From Candidatus Atribacteria bacterium 4572_76 (GTDB taxonomy: Bacteria > Atribacterota > Phoenicimicrobiia > Phoenicimicrobiales > Phoenicimicrobiaceae), in assembly GCA_002084865.1 (NCBI GenBank), contig NBMG01000012.1, positions 1 through 26,517 of the forward strand: a stretch of DNA of 26,517 nt. Direction: 5' to 3'. Below, in pieces: positions 20,412-26,517 of this stretch. Position numbers and translations under genes: made by a program. The notes below the pieces were generated by a model. It had not been told where the DNA came from. It ran no database searches and saw only the letters and a program-made list of their open reading frames with translations. The stretch's first letter is position 1, and the number at the start of each line of letters is the position of its first letter.

Positions 20412-21224
20412 ATGAATTTTGGAATATCAACTATGCCGCTTGAAGATTATCAATTAGAATCAAAATTAACTTTGTTAAAAGAGGTGGGAATAGAATATCT
20501 TGAGGTAAAACCGAAAGAAGGACATTTTAATTATCATGATTCCAAATATCTGGATGAAATGTCTAAAAAATTTAAAAAGAATGGAATAAAAGTGATATCG
20601 ATGCATATGCCTATCAACGGAGTAGATATTTCCCTGATTGAGGAGTATGACCGGATATGGTCTGTTCGGGAAGTGGAAAAAACAGCTCTTGCTTTACTGA
20701 GATTAGGAGGAGAGATTTTAGTAATTCATCCGGGAAGTAAAATTAAAGAGGAGAAAACGAGGAAAGGGCGTCGAGAAAAGAGCGAGCAAAGTTTAGAAGA
20801 AATATTAAAATTTTGTGAACACTGGGGGATTAAGATTGCTTTAGAGAATACTTTACCCGGGAAGACCGGTGACAGTATCCCCGAGATTCTGGAGATAGTA
20901 AAAAAATTTAATTCTAAAAATTTAGGGATTTGCCTGGATACCGGACATTGCAATATAACTTCTTCTCTTTATAATCATAGTGGAGTTGTGGAGTGTTTAC
21001 CGGGAATAAAAGATTATTTATGCCATTTACACATCCATGATAATTTGGGAAAGAGTGATGACCATTCTTTGCCTTTTGAAGGAAATATAGATTGGAAAAG
21101 ATTTGTAGAGGGCTTAAAAGAAATTAACTACCAGGGAGTATTTATGTTTGAATTAAGGAAAAAAACAAATAATGAAGAAATACTCCGAAATATTAAAAAA
21201 TCATATTATGATTTAATTGCATAG
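20412..21224 (+). CDS. Sugar phosphate isomerase/epimerase (xylose-isomerase-like TIM barrel)
   Basis: VIHPG, ALEN, CLDTGH, HLHIHDN, D.HSLP..G.IDW, MFE. Confidence 0.88.
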   Translation: MNFGISTMPLEDYQLESKLTLLKEVGIEYLEVKPKEGHFNYHDSKYLDEMSKKFKKNGIKVISMHMPINGVDISLIEEYDRIWSVREVEKTALALLRLGGEILVIHPGSKIKEEKTRKGRREKSEQSLEEILKFCEHWGIKIALENTLPGKTGDSIPEILEIVKKFNSKNLGICLDTGHCNITSSLYNHSGVVECLPGIKDYLCHLHIHDNLGKSDDHSLPFEGNIDWKRFVEGLKEINYQGVFMFELRKKTNNEEILRNIKKSYYDLIA

Positions 21225-21225
21225 G

Positions 21226-21439
21226 AAAACAGTATCGAGTATCAAGTATATAGTATCGAGTCAAGAAAGAAAAAGAAAAATTTAGAAGAATATAGATGTA
21301 GGGGCAGACCTTGTGTCTTCCCTAATAAATAACCGTAGGACAGGCGTCTCGTCTGTCAAAATCTCGGGGTGGATGAATCCGACCCCTTGTATTTCTTTTC
21401 TTGGCTATATACTCGATACTCAATACTATATACTGTTTT
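21226..21439. repeat. Long imperfect inverted repeat of GTATCGA/GTATATA heptamers enclosing REP hairpins
   Basis: 21226-21270 pairs with 21392-21439. Related arms lie at 1631-1648/1803-1820 and about 26133-26180. Confidence 0.8.
21298..21386. repeat. Cluster of three REP-type hairpins
   Basis: 21298-21322, 21335-21357 and 21366-21386 are related to 8942, 19322 and 302-360 respectively. Confidence 0.8.
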
Positions 21440-21513
21440 TCTATACGCTAAACGCTGTACGCTTCACGCTAGTTTTATTCACTAACGACTAATTTTGTTT
21501 AAGGAAGAAAAAA

Positions 21514-22377
21514 ATGACTGATAAAAAAGGACATCTTTATTGGTTACGCAGAAAATTGCCAGACCAAAAAGTTTTAGAGCGGATGGATTTATTATTAAAA
21601 GAACTAAATTTACACACGGTTTGTGATAGTGCCCTCTGTCCCAATCGCGGCGAATGTTTTAAACAAGGAACAGCTACTTTTATGATATTGGGAGATGTGT
21701 GTACCAGAAACTGTAGGTTCTGTGCTGTAGAAAAAGGGGAACCACTCCCCGTAGACCCGGAGGAACCCCGTCATATCGCCCAAGCAGCTAAACATTTAAA
21801 TCTTAAACATGTAGTAGTTACTTCGGTAACCAGGGATGATCTTCCCGATGGTGGAGCAGAATACTTTGCTCAGACCATTATAGAGATTAAAAAGTTGCTT
21901 CCCGAAAGCACCATAGAGGTATTAGTCCCTGATTTTGAGGGCTTCTGGGAAGCACTTCAAATAGTAATAGATGCTCAACCGGAAGTTATAAATCATAATA
22001 TTGAAACGATTGCCCGTCTATATAATTTAGTAAGGCCAAAAGCTGTTTATAAACGTTCCTTAGAGCTATTAAGGCAGGTTAAAATTAGAGATAAAAATAT
22101 TATTTCCAAATCGGGGATTATGGTAGGCTTAGGGGAGGAAAAGGAAGAAGTTATCAAAGCGATGAAGGATTTACGAGAAGTGGATTGTGATATTTTAACT
22201 ATAGGTCAATACTTAAAGCCATCTCCTCACCACTTAAAAGTGAGCGAATATATTCATCCCGATAAATTTGAAGAATATCAAAAAATAGGGATATCTTTAG
22301 GTTTTAAATATGTAGCGTCAGCCCCTTTGGTGCGCAGCTCTTATCACGCCGGAGAAATATTAAAAACTATAACCTAA
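21514..22377 (+). CDS. lipA: Lipoyl synthase
   Basis: CX4CX5C ([12 protein letters not shown]), radical-SAM CTRNCRFC, and C-terminal RSSYHA. Confidence 0.97.
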   Translation: MTDKKGHLYWLRRKLPDQKVLERMDLLLKELNLHTVCDSALCPNRGECFKQGTATFMILGDVCTRNCRFCAVEKGEPLPVDPEEPRHIAQAAKHLNLKHVVVTSVTRDDLPDGGAEYFAQTIIEIKKLLPESTIEVLVPDFEGFWEALQIVIDAQPEVINHNIETIARLYNLVRPKAVYKRSLELLRQVKIRDKNIISKSGIMVGLGEEKEEVIKAMKDLREVDCDILTIGQYLKPSPHHLKVSEYIHPDKFEEYQKIGISLGFKYVASAPLVRSSYHAGEILKTIT

Positions 22378-22689
22378 TCATATAGGGATTTTCTTTTTTC
22401 GTAAGTCCTAATTCGTATTTCGTATCCCCGTTTTCACGGGGACAAGTCTTGTGAATCGTATCTCGTAAAGAGAATAAAAGCCAGAAGACAGAATCCAGTA
22501 TTCAGAATTATTTAAAATTATGAGATTATATTCTTCTGACTTCTGACTACTGGCTCCTGAATTCTTAAATAACAATTATGATTTTTCGCTTTTAGTTTTA
22601 AATTATTAGCTATATTAAAAACTGAAACTTGTATTTAAAACTAACGACTATTCACTATTCACTATTGACTAATCCAATAAGATATTTTT

Positions 22690-22718
22690 TTGATATATTT
22701 AAATATATCTGATAGAAT
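22690..22718 (+). promoter_or_regulatory. sigma70-type promoter for the EF-G paralogue
   Basis: TTGATA-N17-TAGAAT with TG extension, followed by SD AAGGAGG. Confidence 0.6.
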
Positions 22719-22775
22719 TAAAATCAATAAATTAAGTTTAAAAAAATTGACCAAGGTTAAGGAGGACAAGTTTGT

Positions 22776-24903
22776 ATGACTAAATATGATATTAACAAAG
22801 TAAAAAATATTGCCTTGGTAGGCCATGGTGATTCCGGAAAAACCTCGCTTACCGAGGCTTTGCTTTATGATTCAGGAATGATTACTAGATTAGGAGATAT
22901 AAAACAAGGTAATACCACTACCGATTATGACCCCCGAGAAATAAAGAAGGGAATAACCATCAATTCGTCTTTAGCCTATTTCGATTGGAAGGGTTTGATG
23001 GTAAATATTCTCGATACCCCGGGCTACCTTGATTTTATTACTGATACTAAATTAAGCCTTAGAGTTGCAGATAGTGCCATAATAGTTGTATGCGGAGTAT
23101 CAGGAGTAGAAGTGCAGACTGAAAAAGTCTGGGATTTTGCTGATGAATACAAACTACCCCGAGCTATTTTTGTAAATAAGATGGATCGAGAAAGGGCAGA
23201 TTTTTATCGAGTAAAAGATACGATTAATAAAGTTTTTGGTTCATCTGCAATTTCAATACAATTGCCCATTGGCAAGGAAGAAAATTTTCAGGGTGTAGTC
23301 GATTTAATAAAGATGAAAGCAGTTGTTTATAAAAAATCAGGAGAGGGTAAGCCGATGGGTAAGCCGATGTTTGAAGAAAAGGAAATCCCCCAGGATATGA
23401 AAGAACAGGCAGAATCCTATCGAAAAGAATTAGTAGAAGCAGTAGCTGAATTTGATGATGAAATTTTAATGAAATGAAATTTTAATGAAATATTTGGACG
23501 GGGAAAGTTTAACTAACCAGGAGATTTCTTCTTTGTTAAAAAAAGGAGTAAAAGAGAAAAAGATAGTACCTATTCTTTGCGGTTCAGCAACTATGAATTT
23601 AGGTATAGAATATCTTCTCGATTTTATAGTCGAATATCTTCCTTCTCCATCTGAGATGCCCCCTGTTGCAGCTAAAAATGTAAAAACTTCTTCCGAAGAA
23701 TTAATAGAAAATTCTATTGATTCCCCTTTCTCTGCTTTTGTTTTTAAAACTGTAGCAGACCCTTATGTAGGAAACTTAACTTACTTTAGAGTGTATTCAG
23801 GGAAATTATCCGAAGATTCAAATATTTATAATTCTTCAAAAACTATAGATAATAAAGTAGGAAAAATTTATAAAATGCAGGGTAAGAATCAACGTTCTAT
23901 TTCTGAGGTTTGTGCCGGAGATATAGCTGCGGTAGCCAAACTTAAGAATACTGTTACCGGTGATACTCTCTGCGATAAAGATAATCCTGTTTTATTTGAA
24001 AAAATAGAATATCCCGAGCCAATAATGCTGCTGGCAATCTCTCCCAAGACTAAGGGAGATGAGGATAAGTTAAGTACCGCTCTAAGTAAAATAATTGATG
24101 AGGATCCTACGGTTAAAGTTTACCGGGATGAAGATACCGGAGAGAGTATATTGGCTGGTATGGGAGAATCCCATTTGGAAGTAATAATTGATACCATGGA
24201 AAGTAAATTTGGAGTAGAGGTGGAAAAGAGCACTCCTAAAGTAGGGTATAAAGAGACTATCCGAAAAAGTGTTAAGGTAGAAGGAAAATACAAAAAGCAA
24301 TCCGGCGGAAGAGGACAGTACGGACATTGTTGGTTAGAGCTTGAACCCAGAGGTAGGGGAGAAGGCTTTGAATTTGTAGATAAAATAGTCGGTGGAGTAA
24401 TTCCCCGCCAGTATCGTCCTGCAGTAGAAAAAGGTGTAGTTGGAGCAATGAAAAAAGGAGTATTGGCAGGATATCCCACCGTAGATATAAGGGCTACTGT
24501 TTATGATGGTAGTTATCACCCGGTAGATTCTTCAGAGATGGCTTTTAAAGTAGCAGGCTCAATGGCTTTTAAGAAAGGAGCGGCAGAAGCAAATCCGGTC
24601 TTATTAGAGCCCATCATGGACATAGAAGTAATAGTGCCAAAAGAATATATGGGGGATATAATCGGAGATTTAAATAGTAAAAGAGGAAAGATAATGGGTA
24701 TGGAAGAGTCTTCAAGCGGGAAACAGTCTATTAAAGCTAAAATACCTCAAGCAGAAATTTTTAAATATGCTATCGATTTACGGTCAATTACTCAAGGTAG
24801 AGGAACTTTTAGTTTGAAATTTTCCCATTATGAAGAGGTCCCTGCCAATATTGTACAGGAAATAATTGCTCAAGCCAAAGAAAAAGAGGAAGAGAAAAAA
24901 TAA
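22776..24903 (+). pseudogene. fusA: Elongation factor G paralogue (EF-G2/EFG II-like) split by a 16-nt tandem duplication
   Basis: GHGDSGKT, GIT, DTPGY, NKMD, DEDP, GMGE, KKQSGGRGQYG, VDSSEMAF, LRSITQGRG. Removing one copy of atgaaattttaatgaa (23458-73/23474-89) gives a continuous 703-aa ORF. Confidence 0.92.
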
Positions 24904-24940
24904 TTCTTAAAAAATATTTAAAAAATATTTTAAAAAAAGA

Positions 24941-24965
24941 AGGATTTTTAAATTTAGTATAGAAT
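24941..24965 (+). promoter_or_regulatory. sigmaH-like promoter (AGGA-TTT-N11-ATA-GAAT)
   Basis: Exact fit to the SigH consensus RNAGGAWWW-N11-RNNGAAT, 74 nt upstream of ATG 25039. Confidence 0.5.
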
Positions 24966-25038
24966 ATATTAAAAGAAGGTAAATTTATTTATCGATCGAT
25001 TCTTAAAAAATATTTTAAAAAAAGGGAGGTGTAATAAT

Positions 25039-25110
25039 ATGGAATGGTATTGGTGGGCGGCAATTATTGCAGCAGTAGCTTATTTGATATACTATTTTTA
25101 TGGAGAATAA
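25039..25110 (+). CDS. 23-aa hydrophobic aromatic-rich peptide MEWYWWAAIIAAVAYLIYYFYGE
   Basis: GGAGGTG SD (25025-31) 7 nt before ATG, single-TM composition, below the ORF-track cutoff. Confidence 0.75.
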   Translation: MEWYWWAAIIAAVAYLIYYFYGE

Positions 25111-25173
25111 GCAGCATAGAATTAAAAAATGAATTAATATTTAATTTACAAAAATTGAAAGAAACGTTTCTAC

Positions 25174-25210
25174 AAGTGCAGGGCGAAGCAAATTGTCCTG
25201 CACTTTATTT
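25174..25210 (+). terminator. Hairpin/possible intrinsic terminator after the small peptide
   Basis: aagtgcagggcga/ttgtcctgcactt 13-bp stem (2 G-U), followed by tattt. Confidence 0.55.
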
Positions 25211-25234
25211 ATCTTGATCAAAAGGGTGATTAAT

Positions 25235-26118
25235 TTGAAATTAAAAACTAAAAAAAGATATATTTTATTAATTTTGCTTTTCCTTATTTTCTTTATTATT
25301 ACTTATGAATCAATGGCAAATGAAGAAAATGGGGAAAACAGAGTTATCCCTTTAGGAGAAGTAGATTCATTAAAAGTGACTATAAAATTTGGAGCGGGAA
25401 AGTTGAGTTTAGCTTCCGGGCAAGAAGATGTATTTGAAGGTAATTTTCAATATGATAAAAGTATCTTAAAACCTAATATTCAATATAAAATATCAGGGAG
25501 AACTGGTACCCTAACCTTATCTCAGAGTATTAAAAAGGACCTTAATTTGGCATTTCCCCACAGAAATATATGGAATTTGAAATTGCCTTCCGGTGTTCCT
25601 TTGCAATTGTATATTAATACTGCGACTTATAGCGGTGATATTGACCTAACTAATTTACAGGTAGAAAATCTTTATCTCACTTCAGGAGCAAGCAAAACCA
25701 ATATTGTATTTAGTCAGCCTAATTTTATAGACTTAAAAAATATTAATATAAAAACAGGTGCCTCAACTATAAAAATGTTAGGCTTAGCTAATGCTAATTT
25801 TAATGAAATGAATTTTACCGGTGGAGCAGGGAGCTACACCTTTGATTTTTCAGGTGAACTGACTAAAAAATCGAAAGTTAACATTAATACAGGGGCAGCC
25901 AAAATAATTTTAAAGATACCTTCGAACACTGGAACTAAGATAATTTTTAGAAATTTTCCCGCTTCAAAATTAGACATCAGGGGTTTTATAAAAATAGTTT
26001 TATAAAAATAAATGACCAAACCTATATTAGCCCGGAATATGGCAAGAGTAATGCGGAATTAGATATTGAAATTAAGGGAGGCCTGCTAGATGTTGAGGTA
26101 GTTTCGTTAACTGACTAA
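25235..26118 (+). pseudogene. Exported 'toast-rack'/DUF2154-like beta-repeat protein, frameshifted near the C-terminus by a 14-nt tandem duplication
   Basis: TTG start after AAGGGTGA, N-terminal TM, repeated GAGK/GASK/GAAK turns. Removing one gttttataaaaata copy (25983-96/25997-26010) restores ...GFIKINDQTYISPEYGKSNAELDIEIKGGLLDVEVVSLTD*. Confidence 0.8.
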
Positions 26119-26517
26119 ATTAGTCGTTAGTGAAAACAGTATCAAGTATCGGGTATATAGTATCGAGTGAGGAAAAGAAAAAAAGAAATGCAAGAAAAAA
26201 CAGTTTTCAGATAATAAAAGGTGCAAATATAATAATTGCTCGATTGCCAAGTTGACCAATTGTTAAAGAAAAAAACTTGTAACCCATAACCCGTAACTTA
26301 TTACATATTACTCATCACTTATCACTGTATTTTATTCTGGCTCCTGACTCCTGGCTTCTTTATTCTATTTTTTCCCACCGGCTAGCCGGTAAACTGGCAA
26401 ACCAGGTAACGGGATAACTAATACATACGAGATACGATTCACGAGGTACGACTTTATTTTGGCTTCCTTCTTTTCTCATTTTCTTCACTATCCGCTGTAC
26501 GTTCCATATTATAATGC

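Noticed and set aside
23475-23477. Possible selenocysteine or stop readthrough, or programmed frameshift, in fusA
   Set aside because: The downstream half is in a different frame, there is no slippery site or SECIS-like hairpin, and an exact 16-nt duplication explains the break completely.

Overview
AT-rich bacterial chromosomal segment of mostly housekeeping and cofactor genes. Its gene style and repeat-filled spacers resemble an anaerobic Atribacterota/JS1-like genome, which is inference only. Genes in order: nadA (minus strand), guaB, a TPR protein, an M19 dipeptidase, an FAH-family hydrolase, folT, two Zn-dependent dehydrogenases, a thioesterase, a nicotinamidase, a patatin, a decayed FmdB zinc-ribbon gene (minus), a secreted DUF3352-like protein, a PAS-PAS-GAF-GGDEF-HD-GYP protein, TauE/SafE, mobB with an Fe-S domain, trxB, a TIM-barrel isomerase, lipA, a split EF-G paralogue, an unannotated 23-aa membrane peptide, and a frameshifted 'toast-rack'-like protein. 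There are two clear riboswitches: THF upstream of folT and c-di-GMP-I upstream of the GGDEF/HD-GYP gene. Less ordinary observations: (1) four perfect 11-16-nt tandem duplications within 2.7 kb, two of which break genes; (2) a self-contained sigmaH-like promoter, 23-aa aromatic peptide and hairpin unit; (3) most long spacers are built from 7-nt-periodic arrays arranged as nested inverted pairs around GTAG-REP hairpins. No tRNA, rRNA, CRISPR array or transposase was seen. No database searches or folding programs were run; all calls come from reading motifs by eye.
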